This document shows positions 1 to 11,549 of a stretch of 64,000 nt of DNA, one piece after another (position 1 is the first letter of the stretch; every line of letters begins with the position of its first letter). Source of the stretch: an uncultured Pseudomonadales bacterium. Lineage in GTDB: Bacteria; Pseudomonadota; Gammaproteobacteria; Pseudomonadales; Balneatricaceae. The position numbers and the translations under genes are program-made. The stretch is taken from positions 6,133 through 70,132 of the forward strand of contig CAWUTT010000004.1 in assembly GCA_963925635.1 (NCBI GenBank). Reading direction: 5' to 3'. The notes beneath the pieces are model-generated. The model was not told the origin of the DNA and did not search any database. It saw only the letters and a list, made by a program, of their open reading frames with translations.

Positions 1-196
1 ATTCAATGTTCATGAGTACATAGTGAGCTTTGTGGATTTTGTTAATTGGGTATGCCAAGTGACGACGGCCCCAATCTTCTAAACGATGAATTGCACCACC
101 ATCGGCTTCAATAGTCGCGGTGTAGCGCTCGATCATAGAGGGTACTTGTTCGCTTTGGTCAGGGTGGACCAAAAAGATAATTTCATAATGACGCAT
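1..196 (-). CDS. rpsF: 30S ribosomal protein S6 (5' part; runs off window start)
   Basis: Manual minus-strand translation from ATG at 196: [25 protein letters not shown]...[36 protein letters not shown] upstream. Not in the ORF track. Confidence 0.97.
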   Translation of the reverse strand, partial: MRHYEIIFLVHPDQSEQVPSMIERYTATIEADGGAIHRLEDWGRRHLAYPINKIHKAHYVLMNIE

Positions 197-272
197 TGCT
201 GCTCCTTATGGGTTAAATAGCCTTAAGCGTTTAGTAATTCGTTATTGAACTACCACCTTAAAGCAAGGAGGA
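197..272 (-). promoter_or_regulatory. Probable S6:S18 autoregulatory leader RNA
   Basis: Minus strand reads CTCCTTGC...AACCCATAAGGAG. The 5' CTCCTT can pair with the SD, matching the layout of gammaproteobacterial rpsF leaders. Confidence 0.6.
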
Positions 273-298
273 AATTCACACTAAAAATGTGAAGGCAG

Positions 299-327
299 AT
301 TATACGTAAACTTTTTGCTAGGCACAA
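299..327 (-). promoter_or_regulatory. sigma70-like promoter of rpsF
   Basis: Minus strand TTGTGC-N17-TATAAT. Confidence 0.6.
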
Positions 328-619
328 GTTAAGGCGTTTTAATTAACTAGGTTAAGCCACTCTAGCCAAGCATAGCGCAAGCGCCAGAACACCGTCTAAA
401 TTAAAGTCGAAAAGTTTGTTGATTAGCACGGGCATTTTCGAGACTAGAGCGGTGGTGACTGCTATATTACGTTTGCAGTTGGGGGCCCTAATCACTGTGG
501 TAACCATGCCAAAACCACCCGCCGGCCTTGACCATGAAAAAGCTAAGTATTGGTGCCCAAACCCATACAACAGAGGTTAAGGGCCTAGGCAAAAATTAAC
601 ACTAAAATGAGACAAAATT

Positions 620-1054
620 ATGTGGAACATCTATTTATCTGGCGAAATACATACGGATTGGCGCGAGCAAATTATTAGCCGCTGTGCAGCGCTTAACCTG
701 CCGGTGAATTTCACTTCCGCCTGCACCGACCACGAAGCCAGTGACGCCGCCGGTGACCACTTAGCAGATACAGCGACCAGCTTTTGGCGCGACCATCAAT
801 CGGCTAAAGTGAACGCCATTCGCACTAAGAACCTTATTGCTCAAGCTGACATTGCTATTATTAGATTTGGTGATAAATATAAGCAGTGGAATGCTGCCTT
901 TGACGCGGGTTATTGCGCCGCCATGGGCACGCCTTTCATCACCTTACATAGCGAAGACATTGTTCACCCCCTCAAGGAAGTCAACGCCGCAGCGATGGCT
1001 TGGGCTGCGGATGTTGATCAAGTGATCACTACCCTTCAACACGTCACCCAATAA
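620..1054 (+). CDS. YtoQ-family protein (nucleoside 2-deoxyribosyltransferase-like fold)
   Basis: IYLSGEIHTDWR, DHEASD, RFGDKYKQWNAAFDAGY and HPLKEV motifs. Confidence 0.85.
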   Translation: MWNIYLSGEIHTDWREQIISRCAALNLPVNFTSACTDHEASDAAGDHLADTATSFWRDHQSAKVNAIRTKNLIAQADIAIIRFGDKYKQWNAAFDAGYCAAMGTPFITLHSEDIVHPLKEVNAAAMAWAADVDQVITTLQHVTQ

Positions 1055-1193
1055 TGGCTTACCCTTTGATGATCGCGGACCGATAGGTGCGCCTTTATTG
1101 GCCCGCTAAAATTAACACCACCGGCGGACCTATAGGCTGCCGCCAGCTTTTAGCCTTCGCAAAGACCACCATGTTATCAGTAAGGAAGCACCC

Positions 1194-2579
1194 ATGAGCC
1201 AAAACACCGGCCACCTAGGCACTAAGCCCATCCTTGGGCTATTCTTTGGTATGGCCACTCCTATTGCTGTGGGCATGATGGTCCATGGCCTTTATAATGT
1301 GGTGGATGCTATTTTTGTCACCCGCGCCATTGGCGTCAATGCCATGGGCGGCATTTCTATTGTCTTTCCAATTCAAATGTTTATTTTTGCTTTGGCCACT
1401 TTGGTCGGCAGCGGTATGGCGTCTATCGTCGCTAGGCAACTCGGCGCAAAGCAGGACAGCGCTGCCAACAAGACCATCGACATTGCCTTCCGTTTTGGCT
1501 TGGCCATGGCGCTAGCGATTACCCTTGGCATCTATCTTAATGTTGATGCCCTACTGCAATTACTGGGGGTATCAGAAGCCTTATGGCCATACGCCTCGGC
1601 CTATCTGGTGCCTTTAGTCTTGATGAGCTTCCCCATTGTGCTGATTAGCAGCGTGCCTGGCGATTTACTCAGAGCCGAAGGTAAAGCCATGTTAATGATG
1701 GCCAGTATGGTGTCGTCTGCAGTATTGAACATTGCCTTAGATGCGGTCTTTATCTTCCTACTGGACATGGGTGTGGCAGGCGTGGCTTATGCCACCATCA
1801 TCTCTCAACTATTTGCTTTAGTGTTAATGCTGTACTTTATTTTAGGCGGTAAAACCCAGCTAAAATTACGCCCATTTGCCTATACGATGGACTGGTCTAT
1901 TGTTAAAGGCATCTGTTTACTGGGGGTGCCCATTTTAATTTCCCATGCAGGGGTATCGGTTTTTATTGCTTTAACCAACTTTTCTGTGACCCAGTTCCCC
2001 GAAGTGGACAGCGACTTGTATGTGAGTTCTTATGGCCTAATTGGCCGCTTAATGATCTTTTTTATCTTACCCGCGATTGCCATGACCATCGCCTTTCAAA
2101 CCATCGCCGGTTATAACTATGGTGCTAAACACTATGATCGAGTGCTGGCTATGGTCAAACTAGGGGTTATTTCAAGCCTCTGTTATGGCTTGGGTGTGAG
2201 CACAATAATGCTGCTTGTGCCTGAATTAATCATCGGCATCTTCACCCAAAATACGGCCCTTCTGACCACTACCGCAGGCATCGCCTTTTGGTCCTTCTTA
2301 TTATTCCCACTATCCAATGCCCACAGTGTCATTAGCTCGCTTTTTCAAGCCTTAGGCAAGGCTCGCCATGCGATTTTCTTATCCTCGTTAAGGATTTATC
2401 TAGTGCTTATCCCTGCACTCCTCATTTTGCCAAAGGTGTACGGCATTAATGGCATTTGGTACTCCTTTCCAATCGCTGATATGGTGGCTTTTTTGGTGGT
2501 GATTTATTTCGCATGGCGTGAGCGAGGCAACTTAAAACGGCTCAATTTAGCGTCAAAAAAGTTACACCAACCCAACTAA
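1194..2579 (+). CDS. MATE-family efflux transporter (MepA-like)
   Basis: 461 aa, about 12 hydrophobic segments; LYNVVDAIFV, LNIALDAVFIF..MGVAGVAYATIISQ, GYNYGAK motifs. Confidence 0.92.
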   Translation: MSQNTGHLGTKPILGLFFGMATPIAVGMMVHGLYNVVDAIFVTRAIGVNAMGGISIVFPIQMFIFALATLVGSGMASIVARQLGAKQDSAANKTIDIAFRFGLAMALAITLGIYLNVDALLQLLGVSEALWPYASAYLVPLVLMSFPIVLISSVPGDLLRAEGKAMLMMASMVSSAVLNIALDAVFIFLLDMGVAGVAYATIISQLFALVLMLYFILGGKTQLKLRPFAYTMDWSIVKGICLLGVPILISHAGVSVFIALTNFSVTQFPEVDSDLYVSSYGLIGRLMIFFILPAIAMTIAFQTIAGYNYGAKHYDRVLAMVKLGVISSLCYGLGVSTIMLLVPELIIGIFTQNTALLTTTAGIAFWSFLLFPLSNAHSVISSLFQALGKARHAIFLSSLRIYLVLIPALLILPKVYGINGIWYSFPIADMVAFLVVIYFAWRERGNLKRLNLASKKLHQPN

Positions 2580-2785
2580 ACCCAAATCTATTTTGCCACG
2601 GTGACGCATTATACGACGGGGCTAAGCACTTGGCTTTTGTGGGCAAAATTAGCCTACCATCAACCTGTATATGCCTGAAGCTGTTATAATTAACAGCAAG
2701 CAACGGGGCATTATTTTTGCGGCCCCATGGGCGTAAATCGATGTTGGCGCTGAGTGTTGCTTAAGGGGTACGAGCAATTGATTAA

Positions 2786-3274
2786 ATGGAGAGTAAGATG
2801 ATTTTAATATTATGGGTGTTAGGTGTGGTAATTGTAGCCCTACTGATTCGCTCATTACTTAACCGGGCACCGACCAATGGCAAACCTTTTTTACTAAGAG
2901 CTGCGGTGGTGGTCACTTTATTACTGGCTATTGGCTTAGCAATCAGTGGTTTATGGCCGGTTGCCATGAGTCTATTAGGCGGTCTAGTGGTCTATGGTAG
3001 ACCCGTGCTGCGCGCATTTGGCATCTGGCAAACCATTAAACGCTTCAGCCAAAGCCGTGCTGACAAAGAAAGTAGCAGCAGCAATATAAACAACTCATCG
3101 GTAATGGATAAAGCCCAAGCTAGGCTGGTTTTAGAGGTGGATGATGAGGCGAGTGATGAACAAGTGATCTCAGCCCACAAACGCTTGATGGCTAAAAATC
3201 ACCCAGATAAAGGCGGTAGCACCTATATTGCGAGTCAAATCAATCAAGCTAAAGACGTGTTACTTAAAGATTAG
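2786..3274 (+). CDS. Membrane-anchored J-domain protein (Tim14/Pam18-like C-terminal J domain)
   Basis: N-terminal hydrophobic helices; C-terminal HKRLMAKNHPDKGGSTYIASQINQAKDVL containing HPD. Confidence 0.85.
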   Translation: MESKMILILWVLGVVIVALLIRSLLNRAPTNGKPFLLRAAVVVTLLLAIGLAISGLWPVAMSLLGGLVVYGRPVLRAFGIWQTIKRFSQSRADKESSSSNINNSSVMDKAQARLVLEVDDEASDEQVISAHKRLMAKNHPDKGGSTYIASQINQAKDVLLKD

Positions 3275-3311
3275 CCCTGTTTGCAGGCGCCAAGCGAGTT
3301 AAAGCAAGGCG

Positions 3312-4049
3312 CTAGCTACGCTGGCGCACCGCTTCGAATAAACACACCCCTGCCGCCACAGACACATTAAGACTACTGACTTCGCCCGCCATAGGGATTT
3401 TAACCAGTTGATCACACCCCTCACGAGTCAAACGGCGCATACCGTCACCTTCGGCACCCATGACTAAAGCCATACTGCCTTTAAGGTCGGCTTGGTGAAT
3501 GTGCTGAGTGGCTTCGCCAGCTGTGCCGGTAATCCAAACCCCTGCATCCTGCAAACTTTTAAGACACCGAGCTAGGTTAGTAACCTGCACAAAAGGCACA
3601 CTCTCAGCAGCACCACAAGCCACCTTACTGACCGTACTACTCAGTGATGCCGACTTGTCTTTAGGCGCAATTACGGCATGCACGCCAGCAGCATCGGCTG
3701 TGCGTAAACACGCTCCTAGGTTATGGGGGTCGGTGATGCCATCCAAGATCAACAAAAATGCGGGTTCGTTTAAGCCTTCTAACAACTGCGTTAAAAAGTG
3801 CTCATCCTTGGCTGGATTTGGGGTGCAAGCCGCCACCACACCTTGGTGACGCCCCTTGACCTTATTGTCTAGCTCACGCCGCGGCAGAACTTGGCATTCG
3901 ATACCCTGCTCGTCTGCCAAACCTTTGACTTGGTTCAAGCGCTGGTCTTCACGACCTTCTTGAAACCAGACTTCCTGCACCCTTTCGGGGTTACGTTGCA
4001 GTTTGGTTTGCACCGCATGAATGCCAAAAACATATTCAATGTTCGCCAT
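3312..4049 (-). CDS. rlmB: 23S rRNA Gm2251 methyltransferase
   Basis: SPOUT motifs [30 protein letters not shown]; follows rnr. Confidence 0.96.
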   Translation of the reverse strand: MANIEYVFGIHAVQTKLQRNPERVQEVWFQEGREDQRLNQVKGLADEQGIECQVLPRRELDNKVKGRHQGVVAACTPNPAKDEHFLTQLLEGLNEPAFLLILDGITDPHNLGACLRTADAAGVHAVIAPKDKSASLSSTVSKVACGAAESVPFVQVTNLARCLKSLQDAGVWITGTAGEATQHIHQADLKGSMALVMGAEGDGMRRLTREGCDQLVKIPMAGEVSSLNVSVAAGVCLFEAVRQRS

Positions 4050-4070
4050 AATTTACCCGTCTCAAATCGC

Positions 4071-6485
4071 TTATTTCGGTGCAGGTTTTTTACGACGAGG
4101 CTTTTTTACACTGCCAGACGGCTTACCTTTGTCGTCAAACAAAGGCTCCTTTGCAGTGGCAGTGGCATCTGCAGCCTTATCCACATTAGCTTTTTTGGGC
4201 TTGGCTTTAGGTTTAGCTTTAGGCTTGGCTTTAGGTTTAGGCTTTGACTTAGGCTTTGGTGGCGCATCTGCCAGTTCAAAGTCAATCTTCTTCTCGTCTA
4301 GATCTACCCGCACCACTTGCACTTCGATGGTATCACCCAAGCGGAAACTTTTGCCGCTGCGCTCGCCTTGAAGGCGGTGCTTCGCTGCATCAAAATGATA
4401 GTAATCACCGGGTAGCGCACTAATATGCACAAGACCCTCTACATAAACATCTTCCAGTTCAACAAACAAACCAAAGCTAGTCACCGCGTTAATGGTGCCG
4501 TAGAAGTAATCACCTATATGGCCTTGCATGTATTCACACTTAAGCCATCCCTCTACATCCCACACTGCAGCATCTGCACGACGTTCTGCAGTTGAGCAAT
4601 GTTCGCCAAAAACCACCACATTAGCAGTAGAATAAGGATACCAAGGCGACTCAGGTTGCTTGTGCGTGGCTTTAATGCGCTTAACATAGCGGCTTGACTG
4701 CTTACTTTGAATCACACTGCGGATTGCACGGTGTACAAGCAAGTCAGGATAACGGCGAATGGGCGATGTAAAGTGGGCATAGGCTTGGTAACCCAAGCCA
4801 AAGTGGCCTTCATTTTCGGGCGTGTAAACCGCCTGACTTAAGGAACGCAACATTACCGTTTGCACTAGGTTTGCGTCTGGGCGATCTTTAATAGAACTTA
4901 ACAAGGCTTGATAGTGCTTGGGTTGTGGCTCATCACCGCCTTTTAAAGACAGCCCCATTTCACCCAAGAAGCTGCGTAGGTTTTCTAGTTTACCAGGCTT
5001 AGGTCCTTTATGGACGCGGAACAAACCATCCAGCTTATGCTTCTCTAAAAACTTAGCGGTGCTCACATTGGCGGCCAACATACACTCTTCAATGAGTTTG
5101 TGGGCATCGTTGCGGTGCACTGGCACTATGGCATCTATCTTACGGTCTTCACCAAAGACGATGCGTGTCTCTTGCGTTTCAAAGTCAATCGCACCGCGGG
5201 CATCGCGGGCTGAACGTAGGGCTGCATAAAGCTTATGCAACTGGTCTACGGGCTTCACCACATGCTCATATTCTTCACGTAACTGTAGGCATTGATCATC
5301 ACTTGCATCCAACATTGCACCTACTTTAGTGTAAGTTAAACGCGCATGGGAGTGAATTAGGCCTTCATAAAACTGGTAACCACTGAGTTTGCCACTACCA
5401 CTGATGGTCATCTCACACACCATGACCAAACGATCAACATGGGGGTTAAGAGAACACAAGCCATTGGAGATGGCTTCGGGCAGCATAGGAATAACACGTT
5501 CAGGGAAATACACTGATGTTGCACGGCGGTGGGCTTCTGTATCTAAAGCCGTGCCGGTGCGGACATAGTGACTTACATCAGCGATTGCGACGTATAAGCG
5601 CCAGCCACCCAGAGTCCTTTTGCGACAGTATACGGCATCATCAAAATCGCGAGCATCTTCACCATCAATGGTAACAAAAGGCATGTCACGCAGATCTATG
5701 CGGTCATGCTTATCGGCTTCAGTCACCTCTGGTGCTAACTGCGCTGCTTCATGGCTGGTTTCTGCGGGCCATTGGTAGGGGATTTCGTGGGTTCGAATGG
5801 CCACATCAATCTCCATGCCTGGAGCCATGTGCTCACCCAAAATCTCCGCCACTTCACCCACCGCTTGATTACGTTTGTTGGGTTGATGAGTAATGCGCAC
5901 AGTGACGTACTGGCCATGCTTGGCTTGAAGTATGCTATCACTGGAAATGAGAATGTCTTGGCTAATGCGCTGATTATCTGGGCGCACAAAACAAATGCCA
6001 TTTTCCTTGGTTAAGCGGCCTACCACTTGCTGAGTATTATGCTCAGTCACCTCAACGATAGCCCCTTCACTGCGGCCTTTACGGTCGACTCCAGTCACCC
6101 GAGCGAGGGCCTTGTCGCCATCAAGCACAGCCCGCATTTGACGGTGGCTGAGGAACAAGTCATCACCCCCTTCATCGGGCTTTAAGAAACCAAAGCCGTC
6201 GCGGTGGCCAATAATGCGGCCATGGATAAGGTCCATTTTGTTAATGGCGCCATAGGCGCCTTTGCGGTCACTGATAAGCTGCCCATCGCGCTCCATAGCA
6301 CGCAGACGACGACGCAGTGCTTCTACGTCCTCGGCCTCGAATAAGGCCAGTTCAAAACTCACCTGATTAAGTGTTGCTGGGCCGCTGCGCTCACGTAAGT
6401 GGTCCATAATGAACTCACGGCTGGGGATGGGGTTTTCGTACTTTTGCGCCTCACGCTGAGCGTGTGGATCGTCGATTTGTGTCAT
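4071..6485 (-). CDS. rnr: Ribonuclease R
   Basis: TIDGEDARDFDDA and HFTSPIRRYPDL motifs; S1 domain; basic C-terminal tail. Confidence 0.97.
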   Translation of the reverse strand: MTQIDDPHAQREAQKYENPIPSREFIMDHLRERSGPATLNQVSFELALFEAEDVEALRRRLRAMERDGQLISDRKGAYGAINKMDLIHGRIIGHRDGFGFLKPDEGGDDLFLSHRQMRAVLDGDKALARVTGVDRKGRSEGAIVEVTEHNTQQVVGRLTKENGICFVRPDNQRISQDILISSDSILQAKHGQYVTVRITHQPNKRNQAVGEVAEILGEHMAPGMEIDVAIRTHEIPYQWPAETSHEAAQLAPEVTEADKHDRIDLRDMPFVTIDGEDARDFDDAVYCRKRTLGGWRLYVAIADVSHYVRTGTALDTEAHRRATSVYFPERVIPMLPEAISNGLCSLNPHVDRLVMVCEMTISGSGKLSGYQFYEGLIHSHARLTYTKVGAMLDASDDQCLQLREEYEHVVKPVDQLHKLYAALRSARDARGAIDFETQETRIVFGEDRKIDAIVPVHRNDAHKLIEECMLAANVSTAKFLEKHKLDGLFRVHKGPKPGKLENLRSFLGEMGLSLKGGDEPQPKHYQALLSSIKDRPDANLVQTVMLRSLSQAVYTPENEGHFGLGYQAYAHFTSPIRRYPDLLVHRAIRSVIQSKQSSRYVKRIKATHKQPESPWYPYSTANVVVFGEHCSTAERRADAAVWDVEGWLKCEYMQGHIGDYFYGTINAVTSFGLFVELEDVYVEGLVHISALPGDYYHFDAAKHRLQGERSGKSFRLGDTIEVQVVRVDLDEKKIDFELADAPPKPKSKPKPKAKPKAKPKAKPKKANVDKAADATATAKEPLFDDKGKPSGSVKKPRRKKPAPK
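4198..4260. repeat. Degenerate 12-bp coding tandem repeat (PKAK)n in the RNase R tail
   Basis: ggcttggcttta/ggtttagcttta units encoding KPKSKPKPKAKPKAKPKAKPKK. Confidence 0.8.
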
Positions 6486-6491
6486 TTTTTC

Positions 6492-9045
<2,554 letters not shown>

Positions 9046-9078
9046 GTGAGTTACTATTTCCTCAAAAATTGCATTAAA

Positions 9079-9273
9079 TCAACCGACCAAAAGCATCAAA
9101 ACCAGCCCTAAAAGCATACTTGCCAGGCCCAAAAAACGCATATTTCGGTTACTTATATGAGCCAGTTGAAGCACTAAGTTACGCCATCTTTGCGGGTATA
9201 AAAAAGGCAAAATACCTTCCATTATCAGCATCAAGCAAAATGCCAGCAGTAAGTGATAGACCAACTCGTTCAT
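9079..9273 (-). CDS. DUF2065 (YjeT-like) small membrane protein
   Basis: LMLIMEGILPFLYPQRWR; conserved position after hflC. Confidence 0.85.
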   Translation of the reverse strand: MNELVYHLLLAFCLMLIMEGILPFLYPQRWRNLVLQLAHISNRNMRFLGLASMLLGLVLMLLVG

Positions 9274-9406
9274 GATTTTTCTACTAATGCTTCAAACACA
9301 AAAAAACCGAGCATCATACGGCCAGTTTTGGACCCTACTTCTCGGTTGCGCAATTGTACGTCTTTTAGCCACAAATGGCCAGCTTTTGGGGTTAAAAAGC
9401 GCATGC

Positions 9407-9433
9407 TAAAAAGGGCCTCAAGAGGCCCTTTTA
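9407..9433. terminator. Intrinsic terminator after hflC
   Basis: AAAAAGGGCCTC-AA-GAGGCCCTTTT hairpin with A/T flanks. Confidence 0.75.
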
Positions 9434-9460
9434 ATGTCTTACTCAAAGCCAACCAGAAGC

Positions 9461-10333
9461 TTACTTCAAAGTAGACTGGTTCATGTACTTAAAGAACTCA
9501 CTGTCAGGCTCTATCAGCATCACGTCGCCACCAGCACCAAAGGTTTTACGGTAAGCATCAAGGCTGCGGTAAAAACTATAGAACTCGGGGTCTTGATTAA
9601 AAGCGGCGGCATACGTTGCTGCTGCAATGGCATCACCATCACCACGAATAAGCTCTGAATCACGGTAAGCATTAGCTTCGATAACCGTTTCTTGACGATC
9701 TGCATCGGCACGAATACCTTCAGCCAGTTCCTTACCTTGAGAGCGTAGCTCACGAGCTTCACGCTCACGTTCCGTGCGCATCCGACCGTAAACCGACTCG
9801 CTGACTTCTTGGGGTAAATCGATACGCTTAACACGCACGTCAACTACCTCAATACCCATGTCCGACTTAACCACCTGATTAAGCTCTATGAGCAACTCAG
9901 CCATTAGGTCATCACGCTCACCAGAAACCACTTCGGTTAAAGTACGCTCACCAAACTGGTTACGCAAACCGGTATCAACACGAGACGCTAACAACTTAGC
10001 AGCAGTAAATTCGTCACCAGACGTTGCTGTATAGAAGTCGGCAACGTTATAGATACGCCATTTAACGAAGGAATCAACAATCAAAGCCTTCTTTTCTAGG
10101 GTTAAGTAACGTTGCGGGCGGGCATCCAAAGTAAGCACACGGGCATCAAATATACGCACGGTGTTCACAAAGGGCACTTTCGCATGGAGGCCAGGCTGGA
10201 TGTCAAACTTCACCACCTCACCAAACTGAAGCATAATTGCACGCTCTGTTTCCTTCACGACAAACAACGAAGATGAAGCAATAAGCAGCGCCACAAATAG
10301 GCTAATTAGGGTCACTAAAGTACGAGTAGCCAT
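9461..10333 (-). CDS. hflC: FtsH modulator HflC
   Basis: SPFH domain; DVRVKRIDLP, FYSFYRSLDAY; start moved to MATRTL. Confidence 0.95.
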   Translation of the reverse strand: MATRTLVTLISLFVALLIASSSLFVVKETERAIMLQFGEVVKFDIQPGLHAKVPFVNTVRIFDARVLTLDARPQRYLTLEKKALIVDSFVKWRIYNVADFYTATSGDEFTAAKLLASRVDTGLRNQFGERTLTEVVSGERDDLMAELLIELNQVVKSDMGIEVVDVRVKRIDLPQEVSESVYGRMRTEREREARELRSQGKELAEGIRADADRQETVIEANAYRDSELIRGDGDAIAAATYAAAFNQDPEFYSFYRSLDAYRKTFGAGGDVMLIEPDSEFFKYMNQSTLK

Positions 10334-10334
10334 G

Positions 10335-11516
10335 TTAACGAGACTCCCTTGAAGATGAACCTGAGGCACCTTGTGTTAACTGCTGAATCACCCGACTGGT
10401 TATTTCATCCACTACACTAGAAGAAACTTTACCACCGGCACCCGTTGCAGAACGCAAGGATTGATTCTGCATGATTTGATCTAGAGGCAACACCATCATG
10501 TTATTACCCCCCTTAACGTCTACCATGACCTTAGAAGCATTGGAAAGTACATCTTCCATAGCCACAATGTAAAGACGTTCGCGCGTTACTTCCGGAGCCT
10601 TTTGGTATTCCGTTAGTAGCTTAGTGAAACGAGTTGCTTCACCTTCTGCACGGGCCACCACCTGCTCACGGTAGGCTCTGGCTTCTTCGCTTACACGCTG
10701 AGCACGACCACGAGACTCGGGCACAATGCCATTGGCATAGGCTTGGGCTTCGTTTTTAACGCGTTGCTCATCTTCACGCGCCTTGATAACGTCATCAAAC
10801 GCATCTTGTACTTGTGAAGGTGCAGCCGTATTTTCTATGTTGACCTTAATTACTTCTAGGCCAGTCTTATAGTCATTCAGCAAAGCCTGTAGTCGGCTTT
10901 CGATATCTAAAGCCAAAAGAGCACGACCTTCAGTCAACACAGAGTGCATTTCTGAACCACCTACCACATGACGCAAAGCACTCTGCGTCGCTTGTAATAA
11001 GCTATTTTCAGGATCCCTAACTTCCAATAGGAAGTCTTTAGGACTTGACACAATGTATTGCACCGACAAACCCACTTCAACGATATTCTCGTCTTCTGTG
11101 AGCATCAGCGCACGGTGATCGACGTTACGCACTGCGGTTACGTTAACTTTGTTAACGCTATCAACCATCGGCGGGTTCCAATGCAAACCAGGCTGCACAG
11201 TTTCACTGAACTTGCCCAAGCGCAAAACCACTGCGCGCTCTTGCTGATCTACGGTATAGAAACCCATACCTGCCCACAAAACTAAAACAATAGCGGCACC
11301 AAAACAAATAATTTTACCTGAAGGTACTGGAGAATCACCACCTGAACCCGAGGTATTCTTATTCCCAGAACCGCCAAACAAGCCATTGAATTTCTCAATC
11401 AGCTTACCTAAGGCTTCATCAAGATCAGGCGGCCCCTGATCTTGTCCATTTGGACGACGGTTGCCAGCCCATGGATCTTGGTCTTTACCGTTATTACCCG
11501 GTTCATTCCAGGCCAT
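10335..11516 (-). CDS. hflK: FtsH modulator HflK
   Basis: MAWNEPG, GPPDLDE, APEVTRERLY. Confidence 0.96.
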   Translation of the reverse strand: MAWNEPGNNGKDQDPWAGNRRPNGQDQGPPDLDEALGKLIEKFNGLFGGSGNKNTSGSGGDSPVPSGKIICFGAAIVLVLWAGMGFYTVDQQERAVVLRLGKFSETVQPGLHWNPPMVDSVNKVNVTAVRNVDHRALMLTEDENIVEVGLSVQYIVSSPKDFLLEVRDPENSLLQATQSALRHVVGGSEMHSVLTEGRALLALDIESRLQALLNDYKTGLEVIKVNIENTAAPSQVQDAFDDVIKAREDEQRVKNEAQAYANGIVPESRGRAQRVSEEARAYREQVVARAEGEATRFTKLLTEYQKAPEVTRERLYIVAMEDVLSNASKVMVDVKGGNNMMVLPLDQIMQNQSLRSATGAGGKVSSSVVDEITSRVIQQLTQGASGSSSRESR

Positions 11517-11549
11517 AATCTTCTCCCACTATTGCAGTTATTAAATCGC

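Noticed and set aside
449-530. ZTP (pfl) riboswitch
   Set aside because: GTGACTG and GTGG..ACCA are reminiscent, but GACTGGCG, GGGAG and the 3' CGCCTGGGC are absent.
352-570. 72-aa minus-strand ORF
   Set aside because: No RBS or recognisable motif; it lies in the divergent promoter region of rpsF and ytoQ.
9253-9474. Short ORFs between hflC and DUF2065
   Set aside because: They span a terminator hairpin and promoter region and have no protein motifs.
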